This document shows, piece after piece, positions 38,265 to 46,896 of a DNA stretch of 64,000 nt (position 1 is its first letter; every line of letters starts with the position of its first letter). This stretch comes from an uncultured bacterium. Lineage in GTDB: Bacteria > Oederibacteriota > Oederibacteriia > Oederibacteriales > Oederibacteriaceae. Where the stretch lies: NCBI GenBank assembly GCA_965112635.1, contig OZ218778.1, forward strand, positions 448,001 to 512,000, written 5' to 3'. Below the pieces are notes generated by a model, which was not told the origin of the DNA, ran no database searches, and saw nothing but the letters and a program-made list of their open reading frames with translations. The position numbers and the translations under genes were made by a program.

Positions 38265-39926
38265 CTAGTCCTGCTTATAAGCTGGCTTTGGAAAAATAAC
38301 CTTCACTGGCTGACGAAATATTGCATGCTGAACGAGTAGCTCCCCTTTGGTTAATCTTGTCACCGAAGACTTTAATTCCTGTTCTAAAAATCGGTAATCC
38401 GGTTGCATGATTTCGCTTGATGTACTACGTCCAATTATTTTTGTTGCGGCATTTCCGGTCACGCGTGGATGCACGGCACTCAAAAACTGTTGGGCTGAAA
38501 GCAAAATAACACCAAGAGACCGGCCACGTTCTGATATATCAAGTATCTGTTCAATAAGTGGAGATTCCTTACCACCGGAAGGTGCGTATTTATTGAGCTC
38601 GTCTACAAAAATCAATACTTTCTTGGGAAGATTAAGTGTTTCATCAGACTCTGCAAACATTTCATAAATATTTCGTATCACATCTCCGAAAACGAAAGCC
38701 TGTTCATGATCTAGTAATTTTGCTATATCAATAACATATGTATGTCCGCCTTCTATTTTATGTATTTCATCTGCCAGGTGGTGCTCTAGACGTGTGCGAC
38801 GGTCCGTAAAAAGACCCGTAGTACGCGTCTTTACCATTCGGCGAAGGTGTCTCCGAAACTTACCGACAGAACTGGGTTTTATGTCACCTATTCCTTGGGA
38901 TTTTCCAGAATCAGCAAGAGGATATCCGTCCAGAAGGCTACTCCAATCCTGAACTTTAGCAAACGGTGATTTCGCTGTCTTATTCATTAAACCGCTCGAT
39001 ATTTCTCCTATAAGGGAATCAATAGTTTCTGTTGGATCAGGAATGCTGGAAAATAGTAAATCCAGCTTATCCGCAGAGTCATTTAATTCATAAGCATAAA
39101 CTTTGTGTTGATTTGGCCTGACAAAACTATTGGCCTCTCCATTTTTAGCTCGAGGCAAATAGTAATGGACATTCTGAAATGGTTTTGGCTCTAACCCAAG
39201 ACGCAGCCAAAGACCCTTTTGCTCTTCACTTAAATCTTTTGGCGGCTCATCAATCTTAAGCAAATCTCCATGCTTAACATTTAAAATGATAACAGCGACT
39301 TCCGATGATTCAATTTTTTGAATAATAGACTGTAGTAAAAACATTGCATAACTTGTTTTAGTAGCCAGCCCACTAATCCCTGAAATATTGACGTGAGCCG
39401 ATTCGGGACCGATTACATAATCTTTATCAAGATAAACTACTGCCTCAACATCGTTACTCATTTTAATTAGTCCGGCAGGGATCCGATTCTCTTGTTTCAT
39501 AGTGTCTATTCCTAAAGCCGCATGGATGCCTGACTCGTCAGCAAACCGAACATTTCTTTCATTTTCAATGGGCATGTAGATTCCATCTTTAGTTGTTCCA
39601 TCAGAATTTTTGCCACCGCCGTCATTCATCATAACGTTAGCTTTAGCAAGAGTTGCTCCCACCCGTGGCGTATTTGGCTCTTCCGCAACTGATCCAAAAT
39701 TATTTGACACAAAATTCGCGAGATGACTTGCAGCGTCCGTCCTGTGCTCCAGACCAGCGATTAGCCCATATGTTTTACTTCCGTTAAAATGTTCCGATTC
39801 AACAATGTCAAAAGGATTTACAAGAACATTCGCAGTTATCCAGAAATTAAACTTGTCGGCTGTAGTTGGTTCCTTGTCTGTCGCTGATGTCCTCCCGATT
39901 ATCGGATTTTCTTTCTTATCACTCAT
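38265..39926 (-). CDS. HerA-like ATPase/DNA translocase
   Basis: N-terminal barrel region, Walker A variant GISGLATKT, Walker B IFVDE, ERGRSLGVILLSAQQ; GAGGAGG RBS before the ATG at 39926. Confidence 0.85.
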   Translation of the reverse strand: MSDKKENPIIGRTSATDKEPTTADKFNFWITANVLVNPFDIVESEHFNGSKTYGLIAGLEHRTDAASHLANFVSNNFGSVAEEPNTPRVGATLAKANVMMNDGGGKNSDGTTKDGIYMPIENERNVRFADESGIHAALGIDTMKQENRIPAGLIKMSNDVEAVVYLDKDYVIGPESAHVNISGISGLATKTSYAMFLLQSIIQKIESSEVAVIILNVKHGDLLKIDEPPKDLSEEQKGLWLRLGLEPKPFQNVHYYLPRAKNGEANSFVRPNQHKVYAYELNDSADKLDLLFSSIPDPTETIDSLIGEISSGLMNKTAKSPFAKVQDWSSLLDGYPLADSGKSQGIGDIKPSSVGKFRRHLRRMVKTRTTGLFTDRRTRLEHHLADEIHKIEGGHTYVIDIAKLLDHEQAFVFGDVIRNIYEMFAESDETLNLPKKVLIFVDELNKYAPSGGKESPLIEQILDISERGRSLGVILLSAQQFLSAVHPRVTGNAATKIIGRSTSSEIMQPDYRFLEQELKSSVTRLTKGELLVQHAIFRQPVKVIFPKPAYKQD

Positions 39927-39931
39927 ATACG

Positions 39932-41059
39932 CTACCTCCTCAAAGCAGAATTTATACAACCTTGGATAACTTCCGTAGAAAAGAACAACTGTTTTGAAGC
40001 ATGTTCAGCTTGATAGATAGGGTAAAGATGAGAATGCCAACGATCATCTGATCCATAAGGGGTCACAAATCGCTCTGCGAGTAAGGCTCCTGATATTTGA
40101 TCCAAAAGCTCTGTTGTTAAAGGTTGTTCTTCAAGAATAGGAATCTCTACCTTTATTACGCCAAATAAGGGGTATAAAACCTGCTGTGATTTCCTTAATC
40201 TTAAATACCAGAATGCAGTTTTGCCCCCATATCCTTCATACGCAGCAGTTCGATTATTTTGTGGCAGATTACCAAGTAAGGAAACTACGCTCTCACTCTG
40301 CCTAGCTTTACCTTGCTGAGAATAAAATTTTTGTACAGTTGTAAAATTTTTTGCTACTCCAATTACCTTGGGGCTTTGCATGCCACCGCCAAAATGACCG
40401 AAGGAGACAAGACCATCCTTTAAAAGCCATCCATCGGGAACCTTATCACGAAATTCTTTAGCAATTTCAAACTCCATGGTGCTCATCAAATGTCTTGTTT
40501 TGCTCCTTCCCCTTTCTCTTAAATCCTGCGTTTCCAGGAATTCACCGCTAAGGGCATCAAGTTCAATTAAATCTTTAATAATAATATTTACCCCTGCATC
40601 TTTAGTTGAGTCTTGTATTTTTTGCCACGCCAACTCTGATACTCTTGATTTAGCTATCAAAAGAAACCACTGATGTCTCTTGAAAACAGAAGTTAACCTT
40701 CCCTCACCACTACGTTTTAAAATAGTAACTGATATTTGAGAAAGGAATATCGGGGTTGCGCGGTCATGTTCAAGGCCGGTTGCCAGAAAATAATGCCGGT
40801 AGGAGCCGTCGAGAAAATACCTGAAAAAATGATTTTGTTCTCTAGTTATTGGCTGTAGTTCCTTGTATTTCCATGTTGGTTTGGGAACTTCAAGTAAAGA
40901 ATCAATTTGCAGGTGATCGCCAACGAGTTTAGTGTCATCCCTTTCTTCTTCTCCAACAAAGGTCATTTCCTCAGTAGCTCCCCCACTAGCGGGAAGTAGC
41001 TCTAGTTGATTAGAAACAACAGACATAATTGATTTAAGGGTACTTACAAATTCCCTCAC
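39932..41059 (-). CDS. NurA-like nuclease
   Basis: YFLDGS, LLKDG, IGVAK, WYLRLR, SHLYPIYQAE; directly upstream of the HerA-like gene. Confidence 0.75.
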   Translation of the reverse strand: MREFVSTLKSIMSVVSNQLELLPASGGATEEMTFVGEEERDDTKLVGDHLQIDSLLEVPKPTWKYKELQPITREQNHFFRYFLDGSYRHYFLATGLEHDRATPIFLSQISVTILKRSGEGRLTSVFKRHQWFLLIAKSRVSELAWQKIQDSTKDAGVNIIIKDLIELDALSGEFLETQDLRERGRSKTRHLMSTMEFEIAKEFRDKVPDGWLLKDGLVSFGHFGGGMQSPKVIGVAKNFTTVQKFYSQQGKARQSESVVSLLGNLPQNNRTAAYEGYGGKTAFWYLRLRKSQQVLYPLFGVIKVEIPILEEQPLTTELLDQISGALLAERFVTPYGSDDRWHSHLYPIYQAEHASKQLFFSTEVIQGCINSALRR

Positions 41060-41514
41060 CTATCCTCCAAACTTAAATTTACTTCCTTTAATTCGTCCTT
41101 ATTTATACCCCATATATCTGACGCAATCTCATTGATCTGGTCCTCATATTCACTTACATTTATTCCAGACATAACCTTGTCATGACATATTTTCGAGAGT
41201 CTTGCCAATTCTTGGTGAGCTTCTAAAATTTTAGTAAATTTAGGTATTTTTATTTTTTCCAAAATGTGAGTACTCTGTGATGTAGATATTGTGTAAGACC
41301 GAACAATTAGTCTAGTAATAGACGAATTTAATAGCGCACACAAATAATGAGCTTCTATTTCATCTTGAATATCAACCATCATAAGTTTATGATCTGGAAT
41401 AATTGTTTTACCATTTAATTCGGAAATAACAGCACATTCAAACTCTGAAGATTGTTCCTTCCAAACAACCTTAAACGGACTAAATGTATACGGTCCAATA
41501 TTATAAATAGCGTA
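41056..41514 (-). pseudogene. C-terminal remnant of a type IIG restriction-modification/N6 DNA methyltransferase, truncated by IS3
   Basis: YNIGPYTFSPFKVVW..PDHKL..EAHYLCALLNS..KIPKF; homology stops at the IS end. Confidence 0.75.
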
Positions 41515-41554
41515 TGACCTGCCCCCATTCTTTGTACCACTTGTTAAGTTAGAG

Positions 41555-42307
41555 TTAAGCAGCATGACATAGGGCAATGCAAGGTTGCAGCAACCTTGCT
41601 TCCGGAGCTGGTGGCCGATACCCCAGTGAGCTATGCGGTCTTTTTGTATTGTACTCCTTCCTCCAGTTTTCGATAACATACTTTGCCTCCCACAGATTAT
41701 CAAATATTTCTCCGGCTAAGACCTCGTCCCTGAGTTTCCCATTAAAAGACTCGCAGTATCCGTTCTCCCACGGACTTCCAGGTTCGATAAATAAAGTCTT
41801 AACGCCGATATTACCCAGCCAACCTCTGATCATTTCTGAAGTAAACTCGCTTCCGTTATCCGACCTGATGTACTCAGGAATACCTCTACTGATGAATAGA
41901 TCCATCAAACATTCCTGAACATCATCCGCCTTGAGACTTCTTCCCACTACCAGAGCCAGGCACTCCCTGGTGTATTCGTCTATCACGGTCAAGATCCGGA
42001 ACGCTCGTCCTTCGCTTGTTCTATCCTTTACAAAATCATAGCTCCAGACATGGTCCTTATGATCTGGCCTTAATCTGACACAGGAGCCGTCGTTGAACCA
42101 CAGACGCCTTCTTTTACGCTGCTTCTTCGGTATTTTTAGCGCTTCCTGTCTCCATATTCGCTCAACTTTCTTGTGATTAACCAGCCATCCCTCATCTCTG
42201 AGCATTGCCGTAATCCTACGATATCCGTAACGGCCATACTGGTTGGCCAGATTGATGATAGTTTCTGCCAACCCCCAATCCCTTCCTTCGCGCTTTTGCT
42301 GGTACCT
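41555..42307 (-). pseudogene. IS3 OrfB DDE transposase, 3' part (5' part at ~43743-43860)
   Basis: YGYRRI, VWSYDF, VIDEYTRE, RSDNGSEF, PGSPWENGYCESFNG; removing the IS256 restores ..STQRYQQKREGRDWGLAE.. in frame. Confidence 0.9.
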
Positions 42308-43742
42308 GGTTGTGTACCATTCCTGGGTGTAACTTCAACGAGGGGAAAGGCAAGGTTAGATTGCAGCAATCTAACCTTGCGGCCCCAAAAATAAGTCCAC
42401 GGGCGTAGACTAGGTGATTGCTTAGGTCACCAAACCCAAAATAAAAGGAGGTCTACACCCGTGAAGTCATTATCCCAAAGAATTGAGATTTATACGAATC
42501 AGAAAATCAGAGAAAAAGTCAGAAAGATCGCACAGCCCGGTGTCGCTCTGGAAGTAATTGGCCAGGAGGTCAATGCCATCATTGCCCAGGCTTTAGATAT
42601 TCAACTGGAGGCTGAAAGGGACGAGTTTTTGGGCCGTCAGCCTTATGAACGCCTTGAAAACAGCCCTAAAAGAAACGGTTTTAAATCCACCTCTGTCCCC
42701 GGCTTTTTTGGCAGACTTTTTCTGCACAAACCAGCTCTACGCCAGGGGTCCCTTCACTCGCCCTTGCTTACCGCCCTCAAACAAGCTGGAAAAGGCCTGG
42801 CTTCCTTCCTCGCCATCCGCTTCTGGCTCAAAGGCGCTGCCACTCGCTCTACCGCCGCTGAGATAAATGCCGCTTTGGGCACAAAGCTCTCTCACTCCAC
42901 CGTCTCCACTCTCACCAACGCCTTGGAGCCAGCCATCCGTCAGTGGATGAATCGTCCCATTCCTCCCAACATCACCTACCTGCTCCTGGACGCCGCCTAC
43001 CTGCCTGTCAGAAGACCTGGTTTTACCTCCAAACAAGCTCTATTGCTCGCCCTAGGCATGGATTCCTTTGGCAATCGCCATGTCCTGGGTTTCCTTCTCG
43101 GCGATAGAGAGTCCTTGGACTCCTGGCAGGCTTTTATCAATGACCTCCTCAAAAGAGGCCTTAACCGCAACACCCTCAGGCTCGTCATCTCCGATGAACA
43201 CAAGGCCATTGAGCAGGCCGTCAAAAACCTCCTGGCTGTCCCTCACCAGCTCTGCCTGGTCCACAAGATCCGAAACCTCAGAGCCATTATGCCTCGCCGT
43301 GACTGGGGTGCCTTCCTTAACGATTTCAAAGCTATCTATTGGGCCGATTCCCGCAAACTGGCTCTCCAGGCCTTTGGCCGCCTCCAAGCTCGCTGGATGA
43401 AACTCTATCCTAGAGCTACGGCTATGGCTCTCGATAGGTTCGACAACCTCACCACCTTCATGAACGAACCCCAGCATGTCTGGCGCACTCTCCGCTCCAG
43501 CAATCTCATCGAACGCTTTATCGCCGAGATCAAACGGCGCACCCGTGCTGCCGGCACCATGCACTCCGAATTGGAGGTCGCTAAGATCGTCTGGTCTGTT
43601 TCTACCACTCAGGAAGATAATTGGTCTAAAAGAAAACTCTGGAAATCTCAAGGAGGTGATCTGGTTCAGGAAGGCTTGCTAAATGTTGCTTAACCTACTA
43701 CCCGTGGACTTAACAACTTACACCCGAAAACTTGACATAATC
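42308..43742 (+). mobile_element. IS256-family insertion sequence
   Basis: 25-bp imperfect IRs GGTTGTGTACCATTCCTGGGTGTAA / GATTATGTCAAGTTTTCGGGTGTAA; 9-bp target duplication CTGGTACCT at 42299-42307 and 43743-43751. Confidence 0.92.
42461..43693 (+). CDS. IS256 (Mutator) transposase
   Basis: RNG, LLLDA, ES..W, LVISD, QLCLVHKIRN, SSNLIER; AAGGAGG RBS. Confidence 0.92.
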   Translation: MKSLSQRIEIYTNQKIREKVRKIAQPGVALEVIGQEVNAIIAQALDIQLEAERDEFLGRQPYERLENSPKRNGFKSTSVPGFFGRLFLHKPALRQGSLHSPLLTALKQAGKGLASFLAIRFWLKGAATRSTAAEINAALGTKLSHSTVSTLTNALEPAIRQWMNRPIPPNITYLLLDAAYLPVRRPGFTSKQALLLALGMDSFGNRHVLGFLLGDRESLDSWQAFINDLLKRGLNRNTLRLVISDEHKAIEQAVKNLLAVPHQLCLVHKIRNLRAIMPRRDWGAFLNDFKAIYWADSRKLALQAFGRLQARWMKLYPRATAMALDRFDNLTTFMNEPQHVWRTLRSSNLIERFIAEIKRRTRAAGTMHSELEVAKIVWSVSTTQEDNWSKRKLWKSQGGDLVQEGLLNVA

Positions 43743-43852
43743 CTGGTACCTCTGCGTTGAGCGCCCTTGCTCTACTGCTTTGCATGCCCGGCGCTCAGAA
43801 ACTCCCATATTTACGCAGACTTCTTCTACCGCTGCGCGTCTTTTCACCGGGC

Positions 43853-44143
43853 TTAATATTTTCCCGAACTTATCACCTTGTTGTATTCCTTCAGTATCTG
43901 GATATCCAAAGCTTGATTTGCGATCACTTTCTTTAACTGGTTATTTTCTTGCTCCAGCGACCTTAATCGCTTGGCCTCGTCCACTTTCATCCCGCCGTAT
44001 TTCTGCCGCCACTTGTAGTAGGTATTCGCCGATATTCCTTTTGCCCGACAAAGCTCCTCTACCGTCTTGCCTTTGGCTATCTCTACCTCAAACTCCCGTA
44101 GCATGGATACGACCTGCTCGGGTTTGTTGTATTTCCTTGGCAT
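43853..44143 (-). CDS. IS3 OrfA (HTH plus leucine zipper)
   Basis: ELCRAKGISANTYYKWRQKYGGM..RLRSLEQENNQLK. Confidence 0.92.
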   Translation of the reverse strand: MPRKYNKPEQVVSMLREFEVEIAKGKTVEELCRAKGISANTYYKWRQKYGGMKVDEAKRLRSLEQENNQLKKVIANQALDIQILKEYNKVISSGKY

Positions 44144-44212
44144 AAAAATCCCCCTTCCTTTGTCCTTCCTTTAGAGTTATTCTAACTCAAAAGGTGGACC
44201 AGTTTTAGGGGG

Positions 44213-45070
44213 TCAGGTCATGGCACCCTCTTTTTTTTGGTCTAAATAGGCCCTGACCCTTTCCTGGTTACTTGAAAAATTCTGTTCTTGCGCATCCTCA
44301 GAAGGCATAGGCTGTCCGGTTTCCCCGTCAAGTGAGGCCGTTGTTTCAACCACAGAACCTGTCCCGGCCTCCGGCCTGGGAGGTCCTGGAACAGGCCTGT
44401 CCTGGGTCCGTGTTTTGGTCCCCGGCCCTGTCATGGCTGTGGTATCCCTGGTTTTTCCCGGTTTGCTTACGGCCAGGGCCAGCACTTCCAGCCAGGAGAA
44501 ACGGAACATGGAGAGCATGGCCTGCTTGATCTTTTCCACTTCCTTGGGATCGGTCCGGTCCCTCAGGAGCCTCAAGCGCCTGAGGTTCCATTCGCTTATT
44601 ATTTGCAGGAGGGAAAGGACCAGGCTAAACCAGATGGACGAGACCAGGAACATGATCCGGTTATCCCCGGCTATGGACAAGTCTGCCCACCCCAATTTCT
44701 CCAGGATATGCAGCAATATCCAGAGGCTAAACCACATAGCCAGGGTAATTAAGGAGGGTATCCTAAACCAGGGCCTGTCCGGCTCGGTCTGGCCTGCCCG
44801 GAAAAACGCCCAGGCTTTGAACTCCTGCCAGTAAACATAGAGGCTGAACAGGACCGTATAGCACAGGAAAAACCACCTGGTGCCAGCCAGGGCAGTCAGC
44901 GCATTAGTGTTGCCCCAGAAAATGTTGTAAAAACCCCGATGATAGAATTTCAAGTTTATGTCCAGGGGATCGGCCCAAACCCGAAAAAGGATACAGCCCA
45001 GGTTCAGCCCGGCGCTGAGCCAGGCCAGCATGGAAAACAGGCTTTTGGGGAGGTTTTCAGACCTAGTCAT
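44213..45070 (-). CDS. Hypothetical membrane protein with a Pro/Thr-rich tail; its stop lies inside the IS3 end
   Basis: About 4 hydrophobic segments, a low-complexity C-terminus, and a stop codon supplied by the IS IR. Confidence 0.6.
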   Translation of the reverse strand: MTRSENLPKSLFSMLAWLSAGLNLGCILFRVWADPLDINLKFYHRGFYNIFWGNTNALTALAGTRWFFLCYTVLFSLYVYWQEFKAWAFFRAGQTEPDRPWFRIPSLITLAMWFSLWILLHILEKLGWADLSIAGDNRIMFLVSSIWFSLVLSLLQIISEWNLRRLRLLRDRTDPKEVEKIKQAMLSMFRFSWLEVLALAVSKPGKTRDTTAMTGPGTKTRTQDRPVPGPPRPEAGTGSVVETTASLDGETGQPMPSEDAQEQNFSSNQERVRAYLDQKKEGAMT

Positions 45071-45118
45071 GGGAGGAATTATATCAGGGGTTTTTCTAGA
45101 CTCAATATGCCCGGTTCA

Positions 45119-45263
45119 ACTAGTGTCACCACTAGTGTCACCAAGGCATGGGTCATGACACTAGCTAGGCTGGCGGGGCAAGATGATTGTTTATAGCCTG
45201 TAATATATAAAGAAACACTAGTGTCATGACTAGTGTCACCAGGCTATGGGTCATGACACTAGT
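45119..45263. repeat. Array of ACTAGTGTCA 10-mers in two ~46-bp units
   Basis: Direct copies at 45119, 45131, 45217 and 45229; inverted copies at 45156 and 45254; the two units are offset by 98 bp. Confidence 0.9.
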
Positions 45264-45325
45264 TGGACTGGCCGAGGGTGGCATAAGCTGGCCAGGGGAT
45301 GGCAAGGGACTGAGCAGGGATTGTT

Positions 45326-46876
45326 TTATCTGACTATCGCCAGCTTTTTGATGACGGTGGTCTCTTTGCCTGAAAGGTCTTTGACCCTGATCCTGTAAAG
45401 GTAAGCCCCGTTAGCCAGACCAGAGACGCCAAAAAAGAACTGATTTGTGCCTGCGTTGGTTGGTGCAGGTTTGGTCCAGATACTTCTACCGTTGGAAGTA
45501 AATATTTCAATAGAGGCGCTCTGCGCCTGCCCGGCCAGGTAGTACTGGATAACCCCTGTATTTCCCTTAATGGGATCAGGAACTGTATGCACATTACTTT
45601 CTTGAATTAAAGTGGAGGGTATAGGAGTAGGCATATTTGTTGGAGTAGAGGTTGGAGGGTTATAGCATATTTGAAGCTGAGGACAATTGTTAGAAAAACC
45701 TCCGAAATATAAAGCTGTTAAATTATAGCCAGGTAATAAACACATACCTTCATTACTGGATAACATATTTAAAACCTCTGAATTGCTTAACGGAACCGTA
45801 AATTGTGTATATGAAAAGGAAAGGGGATTGATGATTCCCATATAGGGATAAAAACAATCCCACCCTAAATCCATACATCCACCTCCGCCCCCTACCCATT
45901 GCGTTGTTCCTGTTTGATAGTTCCAACATGCTCCATATTGAGTATATAAATTATTTGCCGGTGCAATTCTAGAAACATAACATGTCGTCATACCGCCCGC
46001 ATTTGCAACATACATTGATAAAAAAGCCCAATTTATAGTTGAACCAGGTTGAATAGCGGATAAATTCCATTTTAAAACTGCAGTGGAATTTGTTGAGTTA
46101 TAATTATTACCTACAAAATAATATGATGGACATCCATAATTTTGACTAGGTTGTGATTGAACTAATTCAGCCATAATTATAGGTGTTGCTATAAAATTAG
46201 GAGTTGGAGTGAAAGAAGGTGAGCAAACGCCACTGGTAACTCCGATCATAAAATTACTCCATCTCGCCGCAATATTCATTGAACCAATCTGGGAATCACC
46301 GCTTAACATACCACATTGAGTGCCTGTATTGGTAAACGTATTATCAGTTATGGTGGTGAGCAAGGCATCATCGACATAAATATTGCAGGTGCACCATTTG
46401 CAAACGACCTTAATAATATCCCCGTTTGCCGGAGCGGGCCCACCGCTGCCGAGAACTCCCAGGGTGTTGTTCGCGAAATAGCCCCATTTATAATTATGTC
46501 CCCCGGAAGTATCGTCCCAAACAACATAAAAATTATTTTGGTCTTGCGCCCTGAAGATCACTCCCTGGTTGGTTTCATGATTGGATAATACGCATTGAAC
46601 GGTGTAGTCAGGGCCGCCTGAATTAATTAATGCTCTTCCGTACTGCGTGGGAGCGTAGGCCTGGCCTGATGATATGCCGAAATTTTGATTATAGGCCAGC
46701 CAGGATTGCCCTGTGTCAGCCGTTCCCAGGGATGATGAATTATCAGGACGATTGAAACTGTCAGTAACAATAGGACACGCGGTTGGGGTTGGTGTTTGAC
46801 AAAAAACAGACTTTGCCATTGATAATGAAATGATAAAAAAAATCAAATACTCAAACCACAAAAACGACTTTTTCAT
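45326..46876 (-). CDS. Secreted multidomain protein with a T9SS-CTD/FlgD-Ig-like C-terminus
   Basis: Signal peptide, TPTPT linkers, beta-sandwich domain (DSFNRPD..LGTADTGQSW), DNRLRE-like domain, C-terminal VPDP..IEIFTSNGR..LANGAYLYRI..KKLAIVR. Confidence 0.75.
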   Translation of the reverse strand: MKKSFLWFEYLIFFIISLSMAKSVFCQTPTPTACPIVTDSFNRPDNSSSLGTADTGQSWLAYNQNFGISSGQAYAPTQYGRALINSGGPDYTVQCVLSNHETNQGVIFRAQDQNNFYVVWDDTSGGHNYKWGYFANNTLGVLGSGGPAPANGDIIKVVCKWCTCNIYVDDALLTTITDNTFTNTGTQCGMLSGDSQIGSMNIAARWSNFMIGVTSGVCSPSFTPTPNFIATPIIMAELVQSQPSQNYGCPSYYFVGNNYNSTNSTAVLKWNLSAIQPGSTINWAFLSMYVANAGGMTTCYVSRIAPANNLYTQYGACWNYQTGTTQWVGGGGGCMDLGWDCFYPYMGIINPLSFSYTQFTVPLSNSEVLNMLSSNEGMCLLPGYNLTALYFGGFSNNCPQLQICYNPPTSTPTNMPTPIPSTLIQESNVHTVPDPIKGNTGVIQYYLAGQAQSASIEIFTSNGRSIWTKPAPTNAGTNQFFFGVSGLANGAYLYRIRVKDLSGKETTVIKKLAIVR

Positions 46877-46896
46877 CTACCCTTCCCTGCCTCTTT

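Larger units (their letters stand above)
41515..44220 (-). mobile_element. IS3-family element interrupted by an IS256
   Basis: Terminal IRs TGACCTGCCCCCATTCTTTGTACCAC and (reverse complement) TGACCTGACCCCCTAAAACTGGTCCAC; orfA and orfB present; no target duplication. Confidence 0.9.

Noticed and set aside
41500-41530. Hybrid IS-target promoter driving nurA-herA
   Set aside because: TATAAT is present at 41500-41505, but the -35 position reads ATGGGG, a poor match
41056-41703. 215-aa ORF in the track read as an intact gene
   Set aside because: It is chimeric: the N-terminal ~63 aa come from IS3 sequence, and only 41056-41514 is RM-derived
45119-45263. Possible CRISPR array
   Set aside because: The repeats are only 10 bp in mixed orientation, there is no regular repeat-spacer pattern, and no cas genes are present
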